A stretch of DNA of 63,529 bases, counting the filler, from Octopus bimaculoides (taxonomy: Eukaryota): the NCBI RefSeq assembly GCF_001194135.2. It is 4 parts of 4 records of this genome, joined end to end, with 100 filler letters (N's around TTAATTAATTAA, not from the genome) between each part and the next. Parts side by side here need not be neighbours in the genome. Positions count along the whole stretch, not along the records: positions 1 to 19,056 come from NC_068981.1; 3 more parts are not named here. The stretch is one strand, 5' to 3'. Of the stretch, positions 1-12,585 are shown in pieces. The notes beneath the pieces were generated by a model. The model made no database searches and was not told the DNA's origin. It saw only the letters and a list, made by a program, of their open reading frames with translations. The position numbers and the translations under genes are program-made. How positions within the stretch are numbered: the first letter of the stretch is position 1; every line of letters starts with the position of its first letter.

Positions 1-247
1 ACCTAGTACAGAAAACACACAGGCCACATAGAGAACATTTCCTTCATCAGCTGCCACCATTCTAACACTGGTGTTTCGAAGAGTTAGGGCAGGACACATC
101 GTTAAAATGGCTGTTCCCACGGACTTCAAATTAAATTTGTACCATGGAGGAATGTAGTGGCGGACAGAAAACAAGACAGGAAAACGAAACAGTGAAAATA
201 AACAGAAAAGGCTATGCGGCCAGACGTGAAAAAATATGTATATATGT

Positions 248-576
248 ATGGCTCAGTGGTTAGGGCATTGGGCTCACAATCACGAAGTTGTGAGTTCAAT
301 TCCCTGACTGGGCCGTGTGTTGTGTTCTTGAGCAAGACACTTTATATCATGTTGCTCAAGTTCACTCATCTGTAGAAATGAGTTGCAACATCACTGGTAC
401 CAAGCTGTATTAGCTTTTACCTTTCCCTTGGATAACATCAGTGGCATGGAGAGGGAAGGCTGGTATGCAACTGCTGGTCTTCCATGAACAACCTTGTTCA
501 GACTTGTGCCTCAGAGGGGAACTTTCTAGGTGCAATCCCATAGTCATGCATGACTGAAGAGGGTATTTACCCTTTT
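248..576 (+). mobile_element. tRNA-derived SINE (family C here), CpG-decayed copy
   Basis: A-box-like TGGCTCAGTGG, B-box-like GAGTTCAATTCCC, then ttgagcaagacacttta and a body homologous to 20814-21110. Confidence 0.8.
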
Positions 577-591
577 ATATTCACACACACG

Positions 592-689
592 CACTCACTC
601 ACTCACTCACTCACTCACTCACTCACTCACTCACTCACTCACTCACTCACTCACTCACTCACTCACTCACTCACTCACTCACTCACTCA

Positions 690-729
<40 letters not shown>
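592..729. repeat. (CACT)n followed by (CA)n microsatellite
   Basis: Directly visible. Confidence 0.97.
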
Positions 730-731
<2 letters not shown>

Positions 732-1916
732 GAAAAGTAAATCATTGTTTTCCCATTACATATGTGATACATGCAGGTACGAAATGAATCAAGATGAAGT
801 CACAGGGCTGCTAAATGTTGGCAATGCTATAGCAAAGATTGTTGTAAAGAAATATCCCATCAGAAAGAATGCATTCTTTGAGAAGAATAAATTGGAAGAA
901 ATAAATTCATATAAATACATGTTGTACATGTATTTATATGAATTTATGCTATTTCTTTCCTTTTGTTTCATTTTCAAACATGGAATGATAAAGGAAGTGA
1001 AATGCAGAGTAACATGAAAGAAGTACCAAGAAAATTACATGATATTCTAGAGAGAATAAGAATCTATATATAAAAAATCATAATACTTCAAATATATTGT
1101 GAGCATGGTTTGAAAAACTGTTGTGTGAAGAATGTTCTAAATTTATAAAGCTTTAATAATGTCCTTGTGCTATTTTTTGCTTGCTAAAAGTGATGGGGGT
1201 AGATATTAAAATAGTTTATAGCCATTAATGATAATTGAATATGTATTAAAAAATATTGATTTAGAAGCTGTGACTGAAATTAACTTAATCATATCCATAA
1301 AAAAAAAAAAAGATTTGAAATACTGTTCAAAAAATTTTCAGGCAAATCAAGAAATGAAAAATAAAATTGCTTTGTGTGTTAATATCTTAGCATGACCTCA
1401 GGTCAATAACTGAAACCAACACTTCATCCCAACTAGCTATGATTCGTAAGTGAATCAGAAAATATATTTGCATTTTTTCTTACCACTTTATGTATATATT
1501 TTCTAGGTTACAATTTAAATATTTACATATAATAGGCATGGGCATGGCTGTGTGGTAAGAAGCTTCCCAAGTACATATTTCTGGGTTCAGTTCCACTGTA
1601 TGGACTGACCAAAGCCTTGTGAGAGGAGTTGGTTGACAGAAACTGAAAGAAGCCCATCGTGCGTGTGTGTATGTGTTAAGACATTACAGAATATTTGGCT
1701 ATATTGACAGTTTGACAAGCAATTGCAGTGAGCAGTGAATAGGCTGTACTGTGTTGTACTTGTGGACCTGACTACACCCAGTATTGCAAGCATAAATGGA
1801 TGTTAAAGCAATGATGAAGTTATTGCTTGTATGCATGAGTTCATGAAATTCCAAGAACCAATTGATATATCACAATAAAAAAGTAAACAACAGCAGTAGA
1901 TTAAAAGATCATTCAG

Positions 1917-2151
1917 TGACCCTTAGCACATTCACATTTAAACTGGTCATATCCAGCCCAAATATTTTACTTGTTTTATGTTCAAACTAAGCAGATCTGG
2001 CCTCTGATACTGACCCTATAATGTCATTCTTAAAAATAAACAATCACATCATTGAAATCTTGAAACTGCAAGATAATACATGATTAATTGAAAGCAATGT
2101 GAATGAATAAGCAATATGATTGACTGAGTAATCCGAATGCTAAAGAGTTAA
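1917..2151. mobile_element. piggyBac-like MITE (CCCTTTAGCATT...AATGCTAAAGGG, TTAA-type flanks), degraded
   Basis: Terminal inverted repeats; homologous along its length to 16222-16445. Confidence 0.6.
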
Positions 2152-4552
2152 ATGTTTTTTAGTACTGTAGGGTCTCTTTCAAGCAATTCAATCAGACATC
2201 TAATTATGGAATCCTCTACTATATAAAAAAAAAACAAAGAAATCTACTGATATTATTGTAACCGTGGAGCAGAAAAACTGAAATGAAGACTTTCAATGAA
2301 ATTCTTAGAATATTGATTTCTAAGAAAAGTAATCATCCTAAAGTTGGAATTGTAAAAATACCAAGCTACATTGATTTCTGATATTCTTTGAAATGTTAGT
2401 TAAATATCAAGTACTACTTTTAGCTATCATTATGAAATATCATCAGTGAAAAGGGTAGAGATGGAAACTTCATATCAACAGAACGGGAAGTTAGACAATG
2501 TTTTGATACCTCAACTCTGATCTTTGTCTACTCCTTGTTTACTGATCTCAATCACTATACTACAGCCTTACTAGAACACTAAGTTCTAAGATATTTTGTT
2601 GAGTATATTTGACCAACTAACTATGGTTATTTGCATTATATAATGTGAGAAATTTAATACAAAAATATCAGGGGTAAGATTAGTGGTGAGGGTAGCATTG
2701 TACACCAGTGTAAAAGCTTACGTCCCAACCACATGGTTCTGGGTTCAGTCTCACTATATGACATCTTGGTCAAGTGTCTTCAACTATAGCTTTGAGCTGA
2801 CCAAAGCCTTATGAGTGGATCTGGTAGATGGAAACTGAAAGAAGCCCATCATACACACACTGGAACTCCACCAGTTATGCCAAAGAGAGTTCCAGGTGAT
2901 TCAGTCAATAGAAGAGCCTGCTCATGAAATTAATGTGAAAGTGGCTGAGCACTCCACAGATACACATACCCTTAATGTAGTTCTCAGGGAGATTCAGCAT
3001 GACACAGGATGTGACAAGGCTGACCCTTTGAAATACTGGTACAACTCATTTTTGTCAGCTGAGTAGTGCATTTATATCCCTGTAACTTAGTGGTTTGGCA
3101 AAACGAGTCTGATAGAATAATTACAAGGCATAAAAAATAAGCCCTGGGGTTGATTTGTTCGACTAATAAACCTTTCAAGGCGGAGCCCCAGCATGGCCAC
3201 AGGCAAATGTCTGAAACAAATAAAAGATGAAATATATTTGTAACTCTTAGGTTTCAGACAGTGGAGTTGCATTATTTTGGAGGTTGCATTGTACTTGTAT
3301 AATATGGTACTCTTATCTTGTACTCAATTTATTGAGAAGGATGAGAGGTAAAATTGAATGCACATAAAAGGAGATGATTGCTACAGAACAAAATACTACA
3401 AAGCATTTTTATTCAACACACTGATCCTACCAGTATGTGTGTGTGTGTGTGTTGTACTTGTTTGGCAAATTGTGAGACTGTTGGAACTAAAGCATTTGTG
3501 CTCAACAAGGCCTATTTTAGGCATTTAAGAACACAGAAAAATTGTTCTTTTCATTTTTCATTCATTTCTTAACAGTTCAGTGTATTATGAAGTATCAAAC
3601 AGTTTTATTGCATTTCTGTAACTGGTCACTGACACAATTCTACAGCATCCATTGTAAATCAGTTACTGGCAAGATTTTAGAAGCCACAAGAATTTACTTT
3701 CCTTTCTGTTCTGGTTCCTTTTTTTTCTCTCTCTTTCTATTTTTGGTATTCTTTTATTCTTTTGACTCTGGCCATGTTTAGAAACTGTCTTCAATCATAT
3801 TGATCCCAATACTTATACCAGTCTGGTACTTACTTTATCAATATCAATTTGTCAAACTGCTGAGTTATGGAAAATCAAGAGACACAATCACACCTAGACC
3901 AATATTACTAATGTTTCATTGAATCAAAGAATGAGCCGATCACTAAAACTTGGAGAAATTTTCTTTCAACATTTTCTTAGTCTTTCTACTATATTACAAA
4001 GAAACTAATTCTTTCTAGAAATCTTACACTCCTTACATTTGGTAATTAACCTTAACTTCTATCATAATCTGGATGCTTGTAGTTTGACTGAAATGGTTAA
4101 CACTTCTAATTCATACCTTCTACGTATTCTCTGTTTTTACTCTACAAAATCTGTATCTAGTTATAGTACAGAGGGTTTTAATGGGATTCATTGCTTGGAA
4201 AATAGCCAAAGTGATTATAAAGACCCAGCTTCAGTAAATGAGGTCATTTGAATTAAATATCTTGTCTAGTAATACATTAAAATATTTACAATAGCAAATG
4301 AACTCACATTCTCTGAATCAATTGGCCAATAATTTAAGCATTCAGCTCTCTCTCCCCCCTCTTCTCTTTCTCTCCTCCTCTCTTCTCTTTCTCCCCCCCC
4401 CCTCTCATGATATGTCAACAATATAATGTCTTTGAAACAAGAACAGATGGTTAAGGGAAGTCTGCAACTTTAAAGCAAAATTAAATAAATTCTAAAATGT
4501 AAGTTGAAGAAAGGGAAATTCTTAGAATCTTTTGAATTTATTCTTGAATCTT

Positions 4553-4626
4553 GCTTACATTAGCTCAGTGGTTAGAGCACTGGTCTTGTAAACCATGGAT
4601 TGTGAGTTCAGTCCCCACTGAGGACT
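4553..4626 (+). pseudogene. tRNA-Thr(TGT) pseudogene or tRNA-derived fragment
   Basis: 4561-4595 TAGCTCAGTGGTTAGAGCACTGGTCTTGTAAACCA matches metazoan tRNA-Thr(TGT) as recalled; anticodon TGT at 4587-4589. The T-arm and acceptor stem are degraded, largely by CG>TG/CA changes. Confidence 0.75.
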
Positions 4627-5026
4627 GTTAGGTTGATTTTTTTTTTGATTTTTTATTATAGGCTATGTAGTAAGAAGTTTGCTTTCCAGCTACATGATTC
4701 TGGGTTCAGTCCCACTGCATGACACCTTGGGAAGGCTAGCCAAAGTTTTGAGAGTGGATTTGGTTGATGGAAATTGAAAGGAGCTCCTTCTATGTGTGTG
4801 TGTCTTTTGTGTCTCCCCCCTCACATAAATAACTTAGTAGTTTGGCAAAAAGAGACTGTTAGAATAAGTATCAAGCTTTAAAAAAATGTAAATATTGGGG
4901 TTTATTTAGAGAAAAGTGTGTACTACACTTAACCTTTTAGTATGTTTTAGCAATTTCATTTTGAGATCATTTGTTGATAATCCTATCAATTATATATTGT
5001 GAAGTTATCTTTTCTCTACATTCTAG

Positions 5027-5116
5027 GTAAAAAACATAATGCAAAATACCGGCAGGTATCGCAATTTTGATCGCAGAATGACTGGGGCTAGTGTAATTGA
5101 TGAAGCATTGCAAGAA
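5027..5116 (+). CDS. SNX13: Internal coding exon of sorting nexin-13 (start of PXA domain): VKNIMQNTGRYRNFDRRMTGASVIDEALQE
   Basis: Acceptor ttttctctacattctag|GTA and donor GAA|gtaagt; 90 nt, phase 0/0, open frame. DRRMTGASVIDEALQE matches the SNX13 motif DRRLTGANIIDEPLQQ as recalled from human SNX13. Confidence 0.92.
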
Positions 5117-5868
5117 GTAAGTAGTACAAACCCTTTTTTTCCTTTTTGTTTTATTCAATCATTCAAAATTCTACAACTGGTGAAAGTTTTGTGATTGTCA
5201 GCAGAATATATAAATGGAAAAATTGCACACTTTAATGAGAATTTCATTAATAATGCATACAAATCTGGATATCTTATGATAATATGGTATAAAAGTTTGT
5301 GTGCTTAAAAGAGAATCATCAGAGTTATGACAAATGCTTGCAATAATAGTTATTGTGTGTGTTTATGCATATCTTCTGCTTTGTTAGCTCTTGGGCACAT
5401 GAACTTAAATATGCATTTATGTTTGCATTCATATATACATAATATACATAAGTGTGCATTTAAAAATGTTTTCTGTTGTTTCTTCAAGTAGCACCAAATA
5501 GTCTTCAATTGTCTTAGCTCAAGGTCTTTTCACTTGATGTTATCTTTGTGATTGTTCTTAATTCTTGGAAAAACTCTACTTAGAACTCATCATTATCAAC
5601 ATCATCATTTAGTGTCTGCTTTTTCCATGCTGGCATAAGTTAGACAGTTTGACTGGGATTGGTAAGCTGGAGAGCTGTACCAAGCTCCAGTCTAATTTGG
5701 CTTGGTTTCTACAGCGGGATGCCCTTCTCAATGCCAACCACTCTAAGAGTGTAGTGGGTTATCTTTTGCATGTCACCAGCACGGGTGCCCTTTACATGTC
5801 ATCAGCACTAGCCATGACTACAATTTCACTTGGCTTGACATCTTCTCAAGCACAACAAATGTTATTCA

Positions 5869-6130
5869 TTAGCATTGAACATCTAATTAAGAATTCTGGT
5901 TTTGTCCATGTGAATCACATGTCCAGACTATTAAAATTATGCCTTGAGGATCTTTATGGATTCTCTATAAGATTTCTTGATAACATCACCCATAAAATAT
6001 ATTTGTATACTAAATAATAACAAGTTTGAGGAACTCCTCCAGTTGCTTGATGATGTTCACAGAACAGGGCCTTGATTTCTCATTTGTACAATAGTGTTGT
6101 AAAGTAATGGCACTGTGCACCTTATATTTG
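5869..6130 (-). mobile_element. RTE-clade LINE ORF C-terminal fragment
   Basis: Minus-strand remnants IKQLEEF...SGHVIHMDKTRILN*MF resemble the RTE motif KQLEQF...LRWxGHVxRMxxxRIPKQ. Flanked by tcatcatc-tailed RTE-type SINE pieces at about 5590-5830 and 6170-6350. Confidence 0.6.
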
Positions 6131-6901
6131 ATAATGATGGTAAGATAAATGTTCTTGAGATCTTGTAGTTCGTCATCATCATCATAATGTCTGTTTTCCA
6201 TGCTGGTATTAGTTGGACGGTTCCACAGAAACTGGCAAGCCAGGAGACCCCACCTAGCTCTGGATGCCTTTCCTAATGTCACCCACTTTACAGAGTCCTG
6301 GGTACTTTTTATGTGGCACCAGCAGTGAGGTCACCAAGTAATTTGCAAGACAAAACCCTCTCAACTGAGGTGGGGAGTAGTTTCAGCTTATGTCTAAAAA
6401 CTTGTTTGTAATAATTATTTATTCATTTACTTTTCATTTAGTCACATTTAAGCACAGGTATGGCTGTGTGGTAAGAAGCTTGCTTCCCAGTCACATGGTT
6501 TTGAGTTTAGTCCCACTGCATGGTATCTTGGGCAAGTATTTTCTGCTATAGTCCTGGGTTGATCAAAACCTTATGAGTGAATTTGGTAGGCAGAAACTGA
6601 AAGACGCCTACCATGTATGTGTGTGTGTGTGTGTGTGTATACACACACACACACACACACACATACATACACACTCCATTCCTTGTATTCTTATTCGCAT
6701 ACCCAGAAACCCTGGTTGCCTTCTGTGAAATATAAAAAGGACTTTTTTCAGTTTATCATTACTTCAGTACGAAAAAATCCACAACCTTCCATCTCAATAA
6801 ACCACTATCGTCCCTGAAAGTTGTTTTTAATGTTTACTACGGTTTGCTTGAGGCTAACTTTCTTCCTACTCCTCAAATCTTGGTTCTTATATTTATATAT
6901 A

Positions 6902-6975
<74 letters not shown>

Positions 6976-7532
6976 CACATGTATATTTTACTTTCTCCTT
7001 GCTTTGACATCACATGGCAGTTGTGAACAAGTATCACTGTTATGCAAGCAGTGTCCTTCACTTCCAATCTTCCTATGTCATAGGAAAACATGACTTTACT
7101 TGGAAACAGGCGATGGTTGATGAGGAGGAAGGGCATCCAAGCTGTAAAAAATTTGCCTCAACAGGTCTTGTCCAACACCTGCAAGCATGGAATAGGAGTC
7201 ATTAATGATGATGATGAGGATAAGTTACTATAATCATTTATCATGACTCTGAGGATTTATCTTTAAGCACACAGACTTTTATACCATAACGTTCAAACTT
7301 GCATGGGTTGTTAATGAAAATCTCATGCCTTTTATGATCAGTTGTATAGACACACACACACACACACACACATTTAGTTGCTATCAGTCATCAATATAAA
7401 TAATTTGAAACACTTCAGGAATAATATTAATATTCAGGTGGTATATTTTAAATAAAAAAGATATAAACAACTTAAAATGATGAGAAATTTTTAATGAACT
7501 ATACAATCATTTTTTTCGATAGCAGAGGCATG

Positions 7533-8958
7533 CAAGGCATCAATCTGGCAGAATTGTTAGCATGCCAGGCAAAATGCTTAGCGGCATTTTGTCCATCTTC
7601 ACATTCTGAGTTCAAATTCCACCAAGGTCAACTTGGCCTTTTGTCTTTTCTGGGTCGATAAAATAAGTACTTGTTGAGTACTGGGGCTGATGTACCATAA
7701 AGACCCATGTAATTTATGCACTTTTTTTTGCAAAAATAAAAATAAACTTTAGGGGGTGCATAAATTACATGAGTAGATCGTTTCCAGAATCTTTTTGAAA
7801 TTTTTTTTTATGCAAAAAGCCGTACAAAACATAAACATTTGTATCAGAAGTTGAATCATTTAATGTCAGAATAGGTTTTTACAGAGAAAATATAATGAAG
7901 TTGACTTTTATTTATGCTAAACAGTATAATGCTTACCTTTTCTGTATAAATTTACTAAAACCGTTAAATAGTCAGCTTATTTTTGAAGTCTGATATTCAT
8001 GCTGGTAAACACGGTCCGGGCCATATTTTACATTGCTTGGAGTTTCTACCTATCGCAATGGAGCACCACTGACATACATAATGATATGGATATTCCTGAC
8101 CACAAAAAATGTAATAATATAGATAATCTTGATTGTATGTTTTTATTTTTGTCTGTTTATTACTAGGCACAGTTTTAAGTTTACTGTTTACGCCAGTTTC
8201 GAACATTGGTTCTATTGCCACATTCAAATGCATATCCAACATATTTAATTTCTCCTTTGCAGTAAATGATTCATAAGTTCTGCCCACACTGACAATAATG
8301 GTAATGACAAATTTTAAAGTTTGTTTGACATTTTATAAGTGTGAACAGGATTAAAATTTCAATACTCTGTATCAGAGGTTCTGATAAGAATAGGTGGAAA
8401 AGAGTTCTGTTCACATAATCAGTTTAATCAGTCACCTTCTTCTTTTGGTTAAGTAAAGTATCATCCAAGCTGATGTTTATTGGTGATTAAACTTAATTTG
8501 TAACACCTGTGCATATTTATAAGCTTTGTTTTTGTTGGTAATTCTTATCAACAACTTTTTCTGTGATCGTGCAATATGCTAAAGATCGGACATAATCTCT
8601 TGTGGGCAAGAAATGGAAATAAAGTTCATTATAAACAACACAAACACTTTGTAATTTAATAGCTTTCAATGTGATACCTGTTAAGCAGAAATTATTCTTA
8701 TTTAATGAAAATTTAATAAAATCTTATCATAAGTGAAATTATGCTAAATACAACTAAATTGAAAACCTTTTACCCCTGGCTATATCGGCAATTCTGAAAA
8801 CTTTTAGGTGCAAATTTTACATGAGTAGAAGCTTTTCTTAACAAATTTTAACCTGAAAATCACCTGTGTAAATTACATAGGTGCACAATTTACATGGGTT
8901 TTTACAGTAATCAACTTAGCTCAATCCCCAAATTGCTGTGCCAAAATTTGAAATCAAT
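7533..8958 (+). mobile_element. tRNA-derived SINE (family B here) split by a DNA transposon inserted at TA 7693-7694/8908-8909
   Basis: The left half ends ...ctggggctgatgTA and the right half resumes TAatcaacttagc...ccaaaatttgaaatc, collinear with the intact copy at 9471-9692. Confidence 0.8.
7695..8907 (-). mobile_element. Tc2/pogo-like non-autonomous DNA transposon
   Basis: Imperfect TIRs ccataaagacccatgtaatttatgcac and gtgcacaatttacatgggtttttacag, TA duplication. The minus-strand remnant YESFTAKEKLNMLDMHLN (about 8230-8287) resembles a Brinker-type DNA-binding N-terminus. Confidence 0.75.
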
Positions 8959-9052
8959 ATGACAGGCATGTAGGCATTGATGTAAGCACACACCAACATA
9001 TACACATGCACATGCAGCACACACACACTCATAATTTGTTTTTCATTCACAG

Positions 9053-9174
9053 GTGCTTGATTATTTAATGCGAGATTATGTATTGAGTTGGTATCGCCCT
9101 CTTAGCCTTCATGATGGGTTCATTATTAGCATTCGGAAATGTATGCAGAAGGTCATCACCACATTTGCAAGCAA
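9053..9174 (+). CDS. SNX13: Next SNX13 coding exon (PXA domain): VLDYLMRDYVLSWYRPLSLHDGFIISIRKCMQKVITTFAS(R/K/N)
   Basis: Acceptor ttgtttttcattcacag|GTG and donor GCAA|gtaaga; 122 nt, phase 0/2. Joins in frame to the 5027-5116 exon and resembles the recalled human VIQFSLRDYVQYWYYTLSDDESFLLEIRQTLQNALIQFATR. Confidence 0.92.
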
Positions 9175-9470
9175 GTAAGATGCCTTGAATATTTTCTTTC
9201 TCTTCAGGCTTACCAGTATATTGTTTTTATGTGTGCCAGAAGTATGCTTGTTTGGCAAGTGAAGTCACATGTTGTGGAAGCATAGAAAGCCACTTGAAAA
9301 CACACACACGTTCACTTGGTATATTTTGCAAACATATTTCATTGTTGTTTTTTTGTTTAGTCTCAAGTCAACCTTAATTGAGAAGACTTATCACCAGAAG
9401 CTTTTCACATATGATTGTCTTGTCTTTTATTTTCAGACATTGTGTATTTTTTAATATTTTGTTGTTGAAT

Positions 9471-9692
9471 GAAGGCAGTGAGCTGGCAAAATCATTAGTA
9501 TGCTGGGCAAAATACTTAGTGGCATTTTGTCTATCTTTACTTTCTGGGTTCATATGCCACTGGTGTCGACTTGGCTTTTCATCCTTTCAGGATTGATAAA
9601 ATACGTACCAGTTGAGCACTGGGGTTGATTTAATATGACTTAGCCCCATCCTTGAAACTGCTGGCCTTGTGCTGAAATTTGAAACCAATATT
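9471..9692 (+). mobile_element. tRNA-derived SINE (family B)
   Basis: gaaggcagtgagctggcaaaatc...gtaccagttgagcactgggg...ctggccttgtgctgaaatttgaaacc; homologous to 25185-25330, 32975-33260 (-), 36975-37140 and 55250-55470. Confidence 0.85.
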
Positions 9693-10281
9693 ATGTTGTT
9701 CAGTCTTGTCTTAGATCTCATCTTTAAAATAGCAGGGTGGTATTTAAAGATAATTAGACTGTTTGATCTCACATGTTGAGTGACCTTGTACTTTCACTTG
9801 TCTGGCACAAATAGTATTATACCATATTAAGTATTAAATTCATTTCTCACACATCTATGAATTGGACTGCTTATTTGGAAATAGAATGGCTCAGGTAGTA
9901 GGGAGATTATGCTGCCAACACTTGGAAGTAGTGAGACCATGATTACATTTGTCTTCGAACATAGCACTTAACTTTACTGAATCCAATTTACCTTGTTGAG
10001 GAAAAAGCTACCAAACCTACCTTGAGTATTACCTGTGATCAACTAGTATCATACCCACATTATCTTGTCTACTTAACACTTTCGTTACCATATTTCTGTT
10101 GAAATGCACTGCCTTTGTTTCAATTAATTTTGGCTGGATGGTTTGACCAGAGCTGGTAAGGTCAGGGGCCACAACAGGCTCCATTGTTTTCTCTGTATCA
10201 TAATATATTTTGCTTTCAAAGGTCTGTTGATTCTGATACCCATCAACCTGATGTAAAGATCTAAGTCACCAAATGCTCAGA

Positions 10282-10668
10282 CCAAAGTGTGTGTTGGGAT
10301 TTTTAGAGCTTTTTAGACAGCAGACTTTAATAAAATGATGTGGTGGAATACCATAACGGTTAACAAAATACATGAAAGGGTTTGTCTAGTTTTGATCAGT
10401 TAGAGATGTTCAAATAGAATGAACAATCTGTATTTGGGGGGGGGGGCTGTCTTAAGTTTCAGACAGTTTCACTCCAATTATCAAGGGTTCAATTACTATA
10501 TTATATACTGATTTTCATTTGTAGTCTGGTGTATAAAGCTATGTCACCAAATGCTCAGCCTGTCAAAAGTGATCAGTCAATTGAATTTTTCCTGCCTAAG
10601 TCATTGTTTGACAATATCCTACTAATTAGAATATCTAACTTGGAAGAGTCTGGTCTGTTATTGTGAAA
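10282..10668 (-). mobile_element. Degenerate non-LTR reverse transcriptase fragment, copy 1
   Basis: Clearly homologous to 14608-14999. Minus-strand remnants (..HLVT..TP..LQMKI.. IIGVKL) resemble the RT region from YADDLV to GLKLNxxK. Confidence 0.45.
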
Positions 10669-11316
10669 AGAAAATTGCAGATGGCATGTTATAGCATCGG
10701 TTTACCAACATTTTACTATTTAGTTGCGCTAATAATTATTGAATGCCATTTATTTGCTATGATATATTCTCTAGCCCAATGTAACCTTTTAGAATTTATG
10801 TATTTAAATCTATTTTATTTATGTATGTATTTTATATGTTATGAAGTAGTTATAAATAAGTGTAAATTTCAAACCATTATCTTGTCATGTTAAAAATTAT
10901 AAGAAAAAATTCCATTGTAAGCTTGAACTGGCACTAAATTTGTTGATTCATGTTACAAAGGTTCAAAACGTGTTTACTGAGTTATTTCTAGCACTGGCAC
11001 AAAGTTCCACTTTTTTTTCTGTGTGCAGGGGGGGGGGGTTGTTAAACTTGTAATAGGATGAAAGCTTCAGTCTATCTGTGTGTTTGCTTTGTACTTGGGA
11101 TATAAATGCATGAATATGTACCTAGCTTAAAAAAAAATACATAATAGGGTGAATTTGTTTGAGTATGCCCTTGATGGTGGTGCCCCAGTATGGGCACAGT
11201 CCAATGACTGAAAGATGTAAAAAGTAATGGATAAATAGATAAAAGGATGCTGCTAATTACTATTAGGCAGCTCTATTGACAATTATAATGATCATTTTAA
11301 CATTACTACTCAGTAA

Positions 11317-12585
11317 TCTATATATATAAAAATGAGAATGTGTGTCTGTCTGTCTGTCTGTGTGTGTGAATCCCTAAAACTCGAGAACTACGCAACCAAT
11401 TTCATTCAAATTTTACAGATGCCTTACTTAGGGTTCCAGTTGTGTTTTAGTCAAAAAAAATTTTAACTTCTTGCAGAGTTCGAGCCCACAGCAACATAAT
11501 ATCTCCTCCACTATTTAAGTATTACGTGTCAAAAGTGAAACAAAAACACTCATGTCAAATACTTTCACTTTAAAAATGAAACTATTCTACTAACTGAAAC
11601 AATCACATTTCGATACTGTAATGACAGATACTTTCAGAGAGAGAGAGAAAGAGAGATGTATATGTATACATATAGATGTATATGTNNNNNNNNNNNNNNN
11701 NNNNNNNNNNNNNNNNNNNNNNNNNNNNNNNNNNNNNNNNNNNNNNNNNNNNNNNNNNNNNNNNNNNNNNNNNNNNNNNNNNNNNNNNNNNNNNNNNNNN
11801 NNNNNNNNNNNNNNNNNNNNNNNNNNNNNNNNNNNNNNNNNNNNNNNNNNNNNNNNNNNNNNNNNNNNNNNNNNNNNNNNNNNNNNNNNNNNNNNNNNNN
11901 NNNNNNNNNNNNNNNNNNNNNNNNNNNNNNNNNNNNNNNNNNNNNNNNNNNNNNNNNNNNNNNNNNNNNNNNNNNNNNNNNNNNNNNNNNNNNNNNNNNN
12001 NNNNNNNNNNNNNNNNNNNNNNNNNNNNNNNNNNNNNNNNNNNNNNNNNNNNNNNNNNNNNNNNNNNNNNNNNNNNNNNNNNNNNNNNNNNNNNNNNNNN
12101 NNNNNNNNNNNNNNNNNNNNNNNNNNNNNNNNNNNNNNNNNNNNNNNNNNNNNNNNNNNNNNNNNNNNNNNNNNNNNNNNNNNNNNNNNNNNNNNNNNNN
12201 NNNNNNNNNNNNNNNNNNNNNNNNNNNNNNNNNNNTTCTGCAATGTGGTGCATAAATTGTCAAGTAAATGAGACGCATCTTTGCCTCCACTGATTCACTT
12301 GCAAAGTGTTGAGTAAAATTATTTCGTTGCAGACCTCCTTTGAGTCTTTTTATTATCACTGCGACACACATAGTCCCCAGCTGGTAACACTGATTTCAAG
12401 GCCTTCCTAGATGAGAGACTGGCATTCCACTTAATGTCTATGTTCCACGCTGGCATGGATTGGAGAGTTATTAATGTAGAAATATGGTATCGTAGCTACT
12501 AACAGTTGAGGGTTGCGTAGTCTAGACAGCGTTTTTAGATTTCATTATTCTCTTTAACCCGGGCAAGGCCGGGTATTTCTGCTAG
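11317..12585 (+). mobile_element. Non-autonomous Helitron with both termini
   Basis: 5' A|TCTATATATATAAAAATG followed by (CTGT)n; 3' hairpin CCCGG-gcaagg-CCGGG (12558-12573) then CTAG|T; inserted between A and T. Interior partly N. Confidence 0.8.
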
